A stretch of 64,000 nt of DNA from Klebsormidium nitens (Eukaryota; Plantae; Klebsormidiophyceae). Every line of letters starts with the position of its first letter. Position 1 is the first letter of the stretch. The notes beneath the pieces were generated by a model, which saw nothing but the letters and a program-made list of their open reading frames with translations, searched no databases and had not been told where the DNA came from. The stretch spans positions 1-64,000 of the forward strand of contig DF237157.1 of assembly GCA_000708835.1 (NCBI GenBank). The letters run 5' to 3'. The translations under genes and the position numbers were made by a program. Positions 13,200-25,314 of this stretch are shown piece after piece.

Positions 13200-14485
13200 T
13201 CATTTGTGTTCTCTATCTCCAGTCTCCTTTGCTCCGCCCCCCCTCTTCGCAACCAACCCCCTCAACATGTGCTCTACCCCTTCCTTCTCAACAAAGACGA
13301 TTCGGTCCTTGTCATCAACAACAAACTTCCCCCCCTCCCCGTCCTCAGCGACCACCTCTCCCGGTTGATGCACGTATGTCCGCTCAATATCACCCGAGGA
13401 AACACCATCCTGCCCTTCTATACCTTCCCCGAGCTTGCCCTCTCTTTTCGAAGGAATTCCCTTGGCAGCAACGGTCTTTCCACTCAGCTCTCCTGAATTC
13501 TCTGACCCCCCCAACTCCGTAAGCTTGTCACCGTCCTCCCTGACCCTCCGCCCCCCCCCAAAAATGCCAGCCCCCAGCACCCCCCGGTCTCGACTTCAAA
13601 CTCCCAAACCACCTTGTCCANNNNNNNNNNNNNNNNNNNNNNNNNNNNNNNNNNNNNNNNNNNNNNNNNNNNNNNNNNNNNNNNNNNNNNNNNNNNNNNN
13701 NNNNNNNNNNNNNNNNNNNNNNNNNNNNNNNNNNNNNNNNNNNNNNNNNNNNNNNNNNNNNNNNNNNNNNNNNNNNNNNNNNNNNNNNNNNNNNNNNNNN
13801 NNNNNNNNNNNNNNNNNNNNNNNNNNNNNNNNNNNNNNNNNNNNNNNNNNNNNNNNNNNNNNNNNNNNNNNNNNNNNNNNNNNNNNNNNNNNNNNNNNNN
13901 NNNNNNNNNNNNNNNNNNNNNNNNNNNNNNNNNNNNNNNNNNNNNNNNNNNNNNNNNNNNNNNNNNNNNNNNNNNNNNNNNNNNNNNNNNNNNNNNNNNN
14001 NNNNNNNNNNNNNNNNNNNNNNNNNNNNNNNNNNNNNNNNNNNNNNNNNNNNNNNNNNNNNNNNNNNNNNNNNNNNNNNNNNNNNNNNNNNNNNNNNNNN
14101 NNNNNNNNNNNNNNNNNNNNNNNNNNNNNNNNNNNNNNNNNNNNNNNNNNNNNNNNNNNAAAATGCCAGCCCCCAGCACCCCCCGGTCTGACTTCAAATC
14201 CCAAACCACCTTGTCCATTTCCAAACCCCCATTTTCCGCGGTAACCACAGGCTCGCTCTTGAGCTCCTTTCCGTTACCTCCACTTGGGTGCTTCTCGTGC
14301 AGCTGTTGATATGCCAGGCCCAGCACCCCGCCAATCACAACGGCAGCCACAAGCATCATGAGGTGAGGGGCGAGGCCCCTCCCCGAACTAGAGGCAAAGC
14401 TTCCGCCCATGCGGCCATCCTCACTGAGCCGGTTGCTGCTGGCAGAGCTCAGCTTCCTGCGGTGGTGATCGCTCAACGCACCCAT
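13200..14485 (-). CDS. Predicted intronless type II single-pass membrane protein (about 228 aa if the N-gap is collapsed)
   Basis: ACG-ATG-G start at 14485, MGALSDHHRRK... then the hydrophobic segment LMMLVAAVVIGGVLGLAY. The frame runs to the gap (DKVVWDLKSDRGVLGAGI) and resumes in ORF 13200-13580 (GAGIFGGGRR...DREHK*). Joining the duplicated gap flanks gives 687 nt in one frame. Confidence 0.6.
13621..14159. other. Assembly gap (539 N) with near-identical flanks
   Basis: 13561-13620 and 14160-14217 are the same sequence apart from two extra C in the left copy. Confidence 0.95.
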
Positions 14486-15338
14486 CGTGAAAAACCTTCC
14501 GCTCCTAGTTGCTGCTGTGTATGTGGCTGCTGTGGTTGCCACCACGTCAGCTGCACGGCATGTGCCGAGATTTGCTTTTTCTAAAATCAACTCAACGGAG
14601 TGTCTCAAAGACTCAGCAGTCAGTATGATGTACTGTCCGCTGATTGTTACCAGATTGTTACTACAGAAACAATGACGTCTAAGCTCCAATCCTTTTACGC
14701 TTGCTCAAGTTCCGGAGCAAATGAGCGATAGGACAGTGTCAGCGTCTGGAAAACGAGCAGCAGTGACAGTCAATTCGAAGAGCTAGACTTCAAGTACGAG
14801 CTAGCTGGGAATCTCTGTTCGGGACCCTTGCTCCAACTCCACTCCAAGGGCTTATGGTTGCCACTGAGCCATGCAAGTCCTCGTCCAACACTTGCTGCCA
14901 CGAAAATATTTGAGGGACCAGCTCAACTGGAAAAACTGCACCATAAATTGCAAACTGAGAGGGCTTATGTACCCAAAAATGTCGCCCTTAATCCTAAGCT
15001 GGAGCAGGGCTCCCCTTTGAGGCCCTAAAAGACTGATCAAGACCAATTATGATCCTTGAGCGTTCCCCTGCTCCTCAGCGTTCCCCTTAGGTTCCTCATT
15101 CGACATCAGAGGGTACGAGCCGCATCAGGAGAGGAAGTTGCTTCCGCTTTGATCCACTAGCTGGGGCAGAGCACCATGTCGTGAGTGGTGAAGCGGGCGG
15201 CCCAAGTCGCTCTCGGTGCAAAAGGATGATTGCACACGGATCGAAGACAGTGGTACTAGTAGCACTTTCTCTCTGTACGGTCTTCTGGGTACCTACATTC
15301 TATCTTCCCAAATCCCCATGCAGGACTATTTTGCATAG

Positions 15339-15850
15339 GGGTAACGTCATCTTGTAACTGGTACCCCCCTAGTGATAAATCGACCTTTTTTTTATGAGCC
15401 TAGTACCCCCCCCCCCTTGTGGCCCCTGCGGGGCCACCAGGCCTCAAGCCACCCCCCCCTCTCCACCTCGACAGCTAATTTGTGGCCAGGGCCTATTCGA
15501 AAAACTCCCCCAATATATTTGAATTTTAAAATTTTGCAGACCAAATTGGCCCATTTTTGTCTGCCGGTTGTGGCCGTTTCGGAGACAAAGACCTGCCCAT
15601 CGATGTTTCTCTGACGGTGGACGGTACCGGTAGGACCATCTTCATATGCAGATTAAGCAAAATGGCGGATGCACTGCAAGCATGATTTTCCTCCGGCAGT
15701 AGGCCTCAAGCCCCCCCCCCTCCCGGCTTCCAGCAGATCCACCAACTCGTGGTCACCCCCCCCAGGGGCCTCAGACAACCACTGACTAGCCTCTGGTCCC
15801 CCCCCCCAAATTTTCTATGGGGGGGTACCAGCTACAAAATGACGGTACCC
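15339..15850. mobile_element. Non-autonomous DNA transposon (MITE), 512 bp, PIF/Harbinger (Tourist)-like
   Basis: Left TIR GGGTAACGTCATCTTGTAACTGGTACCCCCC versus reverse complement of the right end GGGTACCGTCATTTTGTAGCTGGTACCCCCC (31 bp, 3 mismatches). Identical 3-bp flanks TAG at 15336-15338 and 15851-15853. Internal repeated GGCCTCAAGCC + poly-C blocks. No transposase ORF. Confidence 0.8.
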
Positions 15851-16724
15851 TAGGTACCTACCTACCGGTAATCTAGAACCACTGGGCACTAGGTAAGACT
15901 ACCTAGAAGGTACACTGTACACATGCCCTGCCGTCGTGCACAATAGGTAGGTAGCCTGAAGAGGTACCTACCTAGCACCCTGCGCCAAGGTACTCCCCCA
16001 AGCCATACGTCAGCGAGATGAGGTACGTGCAGCTTCCGGCGTGCATGCACCGTTGATCTAGTTATGCTTGCTGCAGCCGTCGATTGGAGGTTTATCTGAC
16101 CGTTGTTAGAAACCGCCACATGAAACTTGACGGCTCTCTGAACCGGTCTGCTTGTGCGCGAGCGGACGCCGGCCAGCCGTCGCGAGTCACACGGGCTGGG
16201 GTAAGGTACCAAGACGTGGGACCGGCAACTCCCTTGTGAGACGCAGTGGTCCCGGGCAAGTTGTTTCTCAAACCCAAACATCTGACGTACCTATTTAAGG
16301 TGTCCGAAACCCGATCACTTCCTGGAACACTTCCATCCTAAACTACCTGCCAAACTAACCCTACCTGTCCCCCGGGGAGTCAACAATTGAAGGCCGGCAT
16401 GCAAGGGAGTTGCCGATGCGGTGAGTACCGATTGGTCTTCAATACAGGTACGCCACCTGGTACGCTACCTTGCACGTAGCCTACATTTCCACGTGTGCAC
16501 GACACCTGGCACTGTGGCAGAAGTGCACTCATGAAACGATGAATCAAGCTCAAGCTGACGCAGAGTTCTTCTGGGTGCAGCATTCGTTTGGCGCCCTGAC
16601 GCAGCTGAGCAGCTGCTCTAGGTGATCTAATTTTTGAAGTCCAGCCGGCAGGAATGGGGTGCCTGCAAGGGCGGTTCCCGCTGAGCCGAGGGAGAGATTA
16701 AGGAAATCGGTCAGGAAGTTCTTG

Positions 16725-19700
16725 ATGGCGGGCTCAGTTCCGAGATCGCTGCAGATCCTGGCATTGCCGATCAAAAACCGTGTCTGGGCATTCCATGCGA
16801 GCTCGCCAGCTGTCCCAGGGAGTGCAACAGCTGGCGGTTTGTCATTTGCAGGGTTGTGGCAGAGCTTAAAGCAGGCGCAGAGCACACAGGAGCGAGCAGA
16901 TCTGTTGGATGAGTGGGGCACGCAGAAGGTGGGCGCCACGCCTAGTTTTCGCAACCCTAAAAGTTGAACCTACCGTCTTTGTCAAAGTACGCAAGAAGGG
17001 ACTGCATTGCAGTTAGCTGCACTGCCAAGAAACGATGGGTGTGTTGCGAGGAAAGGCTGGGGTTAAGAGCCTGGAAGTTGGCTGAATGCCGATAAAAGGT
17101 GGTATGCAGAAAGGGCATCAACCGCATATGGTTCACATCCTCTGGAAACAGATGTGCTAGATATGCTTTGGCGGAGTCGGTAAATTGCTGCCAAGGGCTT
17201 TTGGTTGGCCTGACCAGCACAATTTTAAATGTTCACAGGTTTGAAAGGTTGTACCGTCCTGTTAATCCTTAATCACGACACATCTCCTTTCGAAAGCACA
17301 ATTGTGGTGGCAGTCAAAACATTCAATTCTGTGATCTGGACGGATTGGGGTCCTGTAGCAGTTGACAGGTTTGCAGCTATGTTACAAATTCTGATCCCTG
17401 TGGAGAAGTTTAATTGTAATGATTTGGCACTTATGATGAGCCATACCGCTTGCACGCCGCTCTCGCAAGTTGCTGCATCTCACAAGCAAAACTTTTTGCT
17501 GCACTTTCAGAATGGTTAGCGGGTCAGATAGTCACAAGGGTCTTAATGTACAGACAACCGTCTTCACCAGCTTTTGAAAGGCTGCATACTTTTCCGCAGG
17601 CGCAAAACCAATGGGCCGCCCTCGAGAAGGCTCCCCCCGAAAGTTTCAAAGCGCGCATTGCTCGCTGGGGCAACGCGCTGATGCGGCAGGCCCATCCGGG
17701 GGAACAGTTCCTTAAGAGCATTCCGCGCGATGTGGGAATCGTGGAGGTTGTCTACCCGATGGGACTGAATCCCACGCTTGTCCGGCGGCGGGTCCGGCTT
17801 CTTGCACGGCGGTAAGCTTTTCTGTCCCTGGTTCTAGGTGCCTTTGGTCTGAGTTTTGGTTTCTTTTGTCTCCTCCAAACGCTTGTCCGTCTTGTCTAAT
17901 TGTGATCCTGCTTATAAGAAGCAAAGGGGTCATTTCCTCGATGGCAGTACAGCGGTTTTCCTTCGAACCTGTCCGGTTTACAGAGAGCTTGGATTGCGCG
18001 GTGCACGGAATCGATATTTGATGTTGCTGCGCGGGAACAGTCGGTTCCAGTCCGGGATGTAGCCGGTCTGGATCCATCGTGCCATGAAGCTCAGACTGGT
18101 AGGTACCAAATCCAGCTTTTGCATTACTGTGCACCGGATTGAAGCTTGATACCATGCACCGCGCTCGAATCCATTTCCTTGAATCTGGACAGGTCTGAGG
18201 GAAACCGCTGTAAGTCTGGCTCTACCTGGCGGTGGAGGCTCTTCATGCACGATGTTGTTGCTTTTCGAACTTGTCCTGTTGTGAGTCGCCTCCTTTCTTA
18301 CCGTTCTTACGGCTAGGTAAGGTCCTTACGCCAAGAGATCCCCTCGCTTCTTTGCTTCTGAGGTGCGAACGCGTCACAGAAGTCGGTTTCAGTTGGCGTT
18401 GTTTCTGCAATCAAAGCTGGTCCTCAGTGATGGTCGATTTTACCCGCTCAATTGGAGCCTGACCATGCTTGCAAATCGCTGCACACCTTTACACCTTCCT
18501 TTCCTTGAGTGTATGTGGTGGACCGGTCAATTTGTGCGAAAGTCAAAAGCTTGACAGGTTTCTCATGAGCCACCGTTTCTGGACCCAGGGTTCTCTTCCT
18601 TAGTCGTCGAACCCGTCTTTGGATGCTTATAAGCCAAACGACGGCTGTTGCGTGTGGAGTTCTGCAAATCAGGAGGTCACGTCTGTGCCCAATTTTTGAA
18701 TGGATGGCTCCTTCCCTCAGAATTTCAAAGGCACTGCTCGCTTCTCTGTCGCATGAGCTAGAACACGACTCTGAAGGACTTCAGATAAACCGTTTCTTTC
18801 AATGTGTACAAGAAGTGCTCGTCGTATCCGTGCACGGAATCGGCACAAAGTCTGCGGTAGACATTCTCTATCACCAATGCTAGATACCTTGTGGCTGTGC
18901 GGCATTCCTCCTACCGATGCTGTTGGTGATGCTTCCATATGTAGCGTTGACTGTACTCCTAATCAAAACATTGGAGACTAACAGGTTTCATTTCGCAAAG
19001 TACCAGATCGATGGCTCTGGCACAGGGCAGGAACACCACCGCTGCTGAACATATTGGGGCGCTTCTTTTGTCCTCGCTCCTGTTGGTCTGATCGAATCAT
19101 TCATTGTCGACTGCTCCCGTGAACGAAAATATGCAGATCGACGGCTTTCACCACGCAACTACCAGATCGACGGCTCGCCTCTTCCGCAGGGGCCAGGAAC
19201 ACGAGGGCTGCTGGACATACCGCGACTAACTTTGCATCGAGAGCTTTTCATTTCCGCTTTACTTACATCGACGGCTCTCCTTTTGCAACCACTGCTGCTG
19301 GACGTACCTCGAATCGGCGCTCTCCACGTCCGTTGTTCTTCAATCGACGGCTCTCCTTTTGCGCAGGCCAAGAACACCACCACTCTGCACGTACCTCGAA
19401 TTGGAGCTTTCCATTCCGTTCTTCCTTAAAATGAAGGCTCTCCTCTCTCGCAGGGGCCAGGAATATCACCGCTGCTGGACGTACCTCACCGCCGCGGCGC
19501 TTCCCCTGTCGTCGATCCTGTCGATCCTGCCCCTGCCCAACCTAGTTCTTTTTTACAACCTGTTTCGCGCGCACGCCAACTGGCACGCCTGGAAGGTGCG
19601 CCCTAGAAATCCTCTAAAACCAGTCTGCCGTTATTTAAAATTGTAAGTCTGTCAATCTGGGGTGACTTGTTGACGACGACCTGTGTCAACCAGGAAAGGC

Positions 19701-20586
19701 AGTCACTTGTCACCGCACGTGTCGGACGCGTTTCATGACAGTGGAACTCCACAAGTCAATCCGTTTTCTTGTCCCGTTCTTTGGGTGCGAGGTAGATCCT
19801 GAGCCTTTGAAGGAGTGCACGTTCGGACTATGAAGTCGACACCATCTGCTTGGCGAGCTGTAGGGTATTTCAAGTCCACTGAAAAATATACACGTTGTCG
19901 CTACCAGATTGTTTACCCTGAGATATTGTATTCGACTCCAGAGGCTTTGATATGGTGAGCATCTGCAAAAAGCTGACGTCCGTTGTAGATTGCTCACATA
20001 AGCTTTCTCGCAGGGCGGGGACCACCTAATGAAAGCTCTCGAACACACGGCGCCGGTGGAAGCGTCCGAGAGCGGCGAAGAACGGGGCCGGGAGTCGGAA
20101 GCCGTCCGAATCCCGTCCGAACCCTCGCCCTCCAATACGTCCTCAGTGTCCAAAACGGCAGGCCTTTTGAGTCAAGAGTGTAATAATTCTACTGGGAAGC
20201 CTGATCAGAATGGAACCAGACCAGATTTGAAAATTTTAGGCGATGCAAACGTTGCTTTCAGCCGTTCGGACGCTGTTTCGAGCGAGGGCGATGATTCGGA
20301 CGGCGTTCCGAGCACTCCGGACACTTCCTTGGATGGATCGGACGGGAAGAACGGTGCCCAAGCGTCCGAGGCCGCTGAAGTTGTCCGCAACTTGCGCTTC
20401 GGACGGATGATCTTCCGCCCCTCCAAGAGCCTAGCGGAATTGGCTCCAACCTTGGTCGATGCCAGGGGGATCCCCGTGCTAGCCAGTCTAAGTGAGGAGC
20501 GGATAGCACGGATATGTAAAGATCTCGGTCTAGAAGAAACGTTGATTCTGAGGTGGAGAGATGTGGCCAAAGCGACGGCACCTTAA
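16725..20586 (+). CDS. Mitochondrial K+/H+ exchange-related protein (Mit_KHE1-like), about 376 aa, 4 exons (16725-16928, 17600-17811, 19454-19595, 20014-20586)
   Basis: LQILALPIKNRVWAF...WAALEKAPPESFKARI...EQFLKSIPRDVGIVEVVYPMGLNPTLVRRRVR...LPLSSILSILPLPNLVLFYNLFRAHANWHAWKGGDHL matches the plant Mit_KHE1 family pattern (W..LEKAP..S.K, E.FLKSI, YP..L.P.LVRRR, LPLPN..FF..LFR...HW.A). Phases are consistent. Confidence 0.88.
19004..19453 (+). repeat. Degenerate tandem copies (about 4) of the exon-3 3' splice site plus exon start, in intron 2 of the Mit_KHE1-like gene
   Basis: Unit ATCGACGGCTCTCCT..GCAG|GGGCCAGGAA..CACCGCTGCTGGACGTACC recurs at about 19004, 19163, 19266 and 19343. The true acceptor is at 19453/19454. 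Confidence 0.9.
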
Positions 20587-21784
20587 CAACCAGTGCTTAC
20601 TACTGCGTAACTTAGAAGCGGAGTATCTCACGTTTACTTCGGTTGTTGATCAAGGAGCGCCATGATTCTGGCAGATAATTTTGAAGGTGCATGATAGGCT
20701 TGAGTGGTCCCATTGACCGGTTTTGCTAACGTGGAAGGTATAGCGGTGTTCGTCGTCCACAGTTGCTCATATGCAACGTTGTTAGCATACTCTTTGAAAT
20801 TTTGCATGGGCATGGGCGGCTGGGCGGTTGAGGTTAAAGCCTTTTTTTGATGAGTCGGACAGATCGGATTGCTGCAAGCTCACTCAGTCAACCGTCATGA
20901 TATGATTGCCAGCGCGTCCGTTTCCGCACTAGCTGGGGCGCAGTACTAAATGTGCTCGATCTCAAAGTCGGTAGTCACTGCATCATGCACTGACCGATTG
21001 AGCGCTGGCGCATATTAGACCACCACCGCGCGCGCACTGCAAGCGCTGCCAGTGGCCACGCTCACAAGTTTGTAGATGCATGCATATGAAGCCACCGACC
21101 TTTTAGGCTACTCAGTAATATGCTCTATATTGTGCAAAATCAATGGGTAAATGACGCGTACTGAAACAATTTACATGCAATTTAAGTTGGATCTGGCATG
21201 CACCGTGTGCGCGGCTATCACATTAACTTTAATGGATTCTTCAAATGGCGGCGCCGCGTAGCTCGAAGGTCCGGCCCTCGGTTGGCCCGAGTGGGACGGC
21301 ACGCGTCCGACTCAGTCATGCTGAGGCCTACTAGCTGGTCATGTGCCAGAGCGGATGCATGGTTTTCCAGCGCCTGGGTTCACCTCAATTCAACAGCTAG
21401 CTAGGCTTTCATTATGACATCAACTCCGCTCTGGGCGGCAGCCTGCATTGCAGTGAAGGCACTTGCAGGTTGAAAAAGATCCCTCGATCTGATCCAATTG
21501 CATATGACACCGAAGGACCACTACCGCTACCAAACACAACCCGCTTTCGAGGGAACCTACATTCACCTACGATGCCTGATCCAAAACTTGAACACTTGAC
21601 CGGCTCTGTATCCGATTAGACTCGCAACGTCACCAAAACTGTCGTGATAGCTGGATCGCGGGCGCGATCAACTACTTTCTGGTTGAAGTTGCCTCTGCCT
21701 AGGTTATTAAGGCTATACTCATAAATAGGTCACCATACTTATATACAACGCACTTAGAGACTTAAAAAGCCCTATTGACGAGCT

Positions 21785-24700
21785 CTACCGGTAGCCAAGC
21801 GGACCGCTGTTTATGGTCACCATCTCGATCGGCTGTCCGACCACAATCGCCGTCGCCTTGGGGGCGGGCCCCTGCCAAACTCCGTCTTGCACGCGGTTCT
21901 CTTCCAGCGTTCGCCACTCCTGCAACCGTGGAACAACCAGAGCGTAAGAAAGAATCACTTGACAAGGGAAAGTATAACCCTATGAAACAGGTCGACGGCG
22001 TTTGCCTTCCAGAATTCGCCTCTCCTGCAACCGTAGAACAACCAGAGCGTAAGAAAAAATCATTCCGCCTGGAGAGATAACGTTTAAACAAGCTTGACGG
22101 CAGTTATCTGCCAGTGTTCGCCACTCCTGCAACGCCAGGGATCACAAGAGCGTAAGATGGGTTCCTTCCTCACGAGAGAGACTTTTTCGAACCACTTCGC
22201 AAGCGTTTATTCCACCCCCGCTCGCCGCTCTTGTTGAGTTCATCTCCTTTCTGCGAACTATACGTCTCAATAGACCGTTCACTACGGTTGAATCCGATGT
22301 CAACCTATCCAGCGCTCACCACTCCTCTCTATTCACTTCTCTTATACAACAGAAAATGTGTATCTTCAATGTCGTTCGCTCTAGTAAGCACTGTATCAGC
22401 CTCTCGTTTTGAGACGTCATATCTTCGGGCGCTCGAAAGCGTACGAGGACAAACGGAGCAGATCCTGACTTTTAGGCAATGGTTGATGAGAGCCTGGGCA
22501 TCGGCGAGGAGCTAAGACGACAGATTAGACGAGCACAAACTTGATCGAGATCTCATTCAAAGCTCCCTCAATCATTGACCGGACAAGTGGGTCCACATTG
22601 AAGGGCGCTGCGGGAAAGATCCCAACAGCCGCTCTTAAGATCAAAACTAAAGCTGGTAGAGACAACGGCGGTCTTTCAGGCCCTCTGAGGAGCAGTTTTG
22701 AGAGGATGCCTCTGATAAAGGCGGTACCATCATTTCTTCAGGACAATTGTCGTTCCAAAAAGCGGCAATAGAGTCTCCAGGGCAGGTTGTTCTGTCTACG
22801 CTGATCTTTTGTATCAAGTTTCGAGTAAGAGCACCTTTCTCAGAAACCCGCAAACATGCGTTTCGTCGAAGTTGAACCGCTCCCTAAGGTGGGCGGATTT
22901 TTTGTTGAGGAAAAAGTCTTCATTCGACAGGACCCAGTTCAACTTCCACTTAATCAGGCTTTAACCCATTCTCCAACCTGGCCAGAGCCAGTTTTCATTG
23001 ACCGGTTACCAAGGATGGTTAAGAGTGAAGATGCCCACCTGACAGAGAGCACACGTTGAGCACCACATGTGAAGGCATACATCCTCGATGAGGCTCCCCT
23101 GCAAGTGGAAGAAAAAACGGGCTCAAGAGCTCGTAAGCTGTGGGATGACATTGACTTCTCCCGGTTCACGTCCCTAACAAAAAGATGATGTGACCACGAC
23201 ATTTCGTGTCCTTCTGAAAAGCCTCAGGAAGCAAGGAGACAGGCAGGCGGAGATTTTACCTACCCCGTTGGTTTGTGCCGCAAAATGCCTCAAAGGCCGG
23301 CTCTGAAAATGTTTCACAAAGATAGCTAGGCGTTCGGTTTGCTCATATTGTGAACCGTTATGTGGCCAGCCTATCGTGCATAAGATCCCAGGATCCCCTA
23401 CGAGTATCCTATTTTCTCCATCTCCATTTTCTTCGCTTCTTCTCTCCAAGTTTTCTGTTTTTAACGTAACTGCTTTTACGTGGCTTGGGCTTGCTACATC
23501 TGTTGAACCAACACCCTCCTGTTTACCACTTTTCAACACGTAACAGTTGAAAAGACCTGACCGAACAAGCACATGATTCGAAGAGAACAGAGAAAGAAAC
23601 GACAGAGCTGAAACCCTCACCCCAGAGATGTTGAACCGTCTCCTCATCTTGTTCCGCCAGTAGCCCCCATACGACCAACCGCATATCATAAGCAGGATGC
23701 CCACATATACTAGCCAGCCAACGCCGGTCGCGGCGGTTATGATGAAGAGAACAATAAATGCCCCGATGCCTAGAGAAAAGTGCGTCAGTGCCTGGATGGT
23801 TGGATAAGAGAAAAGTCGTCAGTTCGGGAATGAGGTCAGTAGACAAAGAAATTTGTTGTCAGACAGAATTTATAAATCAGTGATGCTTACGAGTGGAGTC
23901 ATACAAGTCATTATTCATACACAGCGCAGAGCTTAGTCTAGGTCTGCTGATCCCAAGCAACGTTGCGTTTGAAATTGAGCTGCAAGGTTGAAGCCATGAT
24001 AGCCAAACAAGGAGCAGACAGCACAACAGAAAGAAGCTCCTGGTTTGAAAGTTTGACAATGTCAGCACCACTGAATGATGCGAAGATTTGGCTAAATGAA
24101 AAGCCAGGCCCATATCAGAAACTGTTTCATTAGAGGCCATAAAACCTAGGAGCCTCATGGAACGCTTCCCATCATAACACCTGTGTTATCAAGCTGCAAC
24201 ATGTGAAGGTTTTATTGAAAGGGCAGGTAATAACGGACATCTGAAGATGGTTTAGGATGGTCCCTCAGAATCAGTTCAAGTCCCTGATCTAAAACCAGTT
24301 CTCTTAACTTCATGGTAACTGAATGTGATGACCTCTGCTTTCCTGGTTGCAACGCTGAACGAAGGCGTAAAACCCTTTTGGTGTGTGCTTCTTACTGAGA
24401 CGGGAGATTGGTCAAGAGTCTTACCTGGGGAAAACACCTTCCTAATCCAGTCCTCTGCATCGCTTGGCCAAACGTCGTGTACGGAAACCTGAAGGCATGT
24501 GGAAGACAGTTCATCTCAGGCAGGATTCCAGGTGCATAAATTCTCACAGCTCACCGTACAAGTGGCACTGAATGCGTACCTGAAGGCACGCGCACTTTCT
24601 GATGCCCAAACTCTCAAGCTTGAAGGCAGTAAAATATCCCAAGATCAAACGTCCATACCAAAAAGTCTGATGAAAGTTCACGTGTGCATGTGTATGCTAT

Positions 24701-25314
24701 AACCAGGGTTGCTGCTTCAGGGTAACCACCTTGCAAATCGACTTCTGAGCATTCTGAATAGCAAACAGATGCAAGCTGCTCGTTTAGCAAGATCAGATTC
24801 CAATGTGCTGAACTCGAGAACAAGCCAGAACACCCCCTCTTGGAAACCCTCAGCTTCTCCTCCATCCCCTTTCTCTTTCTCGCGATATCGCAAGAAGCTT
24901 TTCTTATACATCATGCGACGCAACGCCAGCCAGGGCGCCATTCCCTTCCTTTATCAGCTTGCAAATCGTTTCGACTCTTAAAACATTAAGATTTTGCATC
25001 TTAGGGTGTTCAGCTCACCAGCACGTGAGGCAACACCGGTCGTCCCTCTTGTCACAACATCCGCAGACGCCCCCATCCCACAATCTGACGCCTTGCATTC
25101 CCATCTGGGGATAAGCAGGCCCTGGATATAACACCGCTGGGTAGCCTTGAGCAGCCATGTTTGGAACAACTAGAGTTGGGGGAGTGTACATTGGCCCCTG
25201 CGCTTGCATCATATGGATTTGGGGAACAGCAGGCTGGCCATAGACTGGGGCAGCGGAAGCAGTGCACTGAGCATCCAGGTAGTGCCCCCCTCGCTGGTGT
25301 TCTGGTGCTGCCAT
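21785..25314 (-). CDS. PLAC8-family (PCR/CNR-like) cysteine-rich membrane protein, about 241 aa, 5 exons (25314-25019, 24488-24425, 23791-23621, 23098-23039, 21919-21785)
   Basis: Pro/Gln-rich N-terminus, then WDGGVCGCCDKRDDRCCLTCWFPYTTFGQ, a TM region, YWRNKMRRRFNISGGSLIEDVCLHMWCSTCSLCQEWRTL. These are the PLAC8 signatures (W..G.C.C...C...C..P...FG; R...R....I.G....D...H.WC..C.LCQE.R). Phases are consistent. Confidence 0.92.
21905..22160 (-). repeat. Three tandem units (true site plus 2 copies) of the PLAC8 last-exon 3' splice site and exon start, period 105/102 bp
   Basis: Minus-strand CTTACGCTCT...GTTGCAG|GAG(T/A)GGCGAA with exon-like starts at 21919 (true), 22024 and 22126. Confidence 0.92.

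Noticed and set aside
17812-19000. Minus-strand ORF fragments in the 1.64-kb Mit_KHE1-like intron, suspected to be the transposase partner of the nearby MITE
   Set aside because: Manual translation shows many stops and no DDE, RT or Myb motif, and no TIR or LTR was seen.
21775-22091. ORFs with repeated PATVEQPERKK or FLRSGCSTVAG peptides
   Set aside because: Off-frame or antisense readings of the duplicated PLAC8 acceptor units.
24487-24630. ACCTGAAGGCA repeated about 90 bp upstream of a PLAC8 acceptor, a possible fifth shadow acceptor
   Set aside because: Only 11 bp match (8 bp for a third copy), too short to distinguish from chance without statistics.
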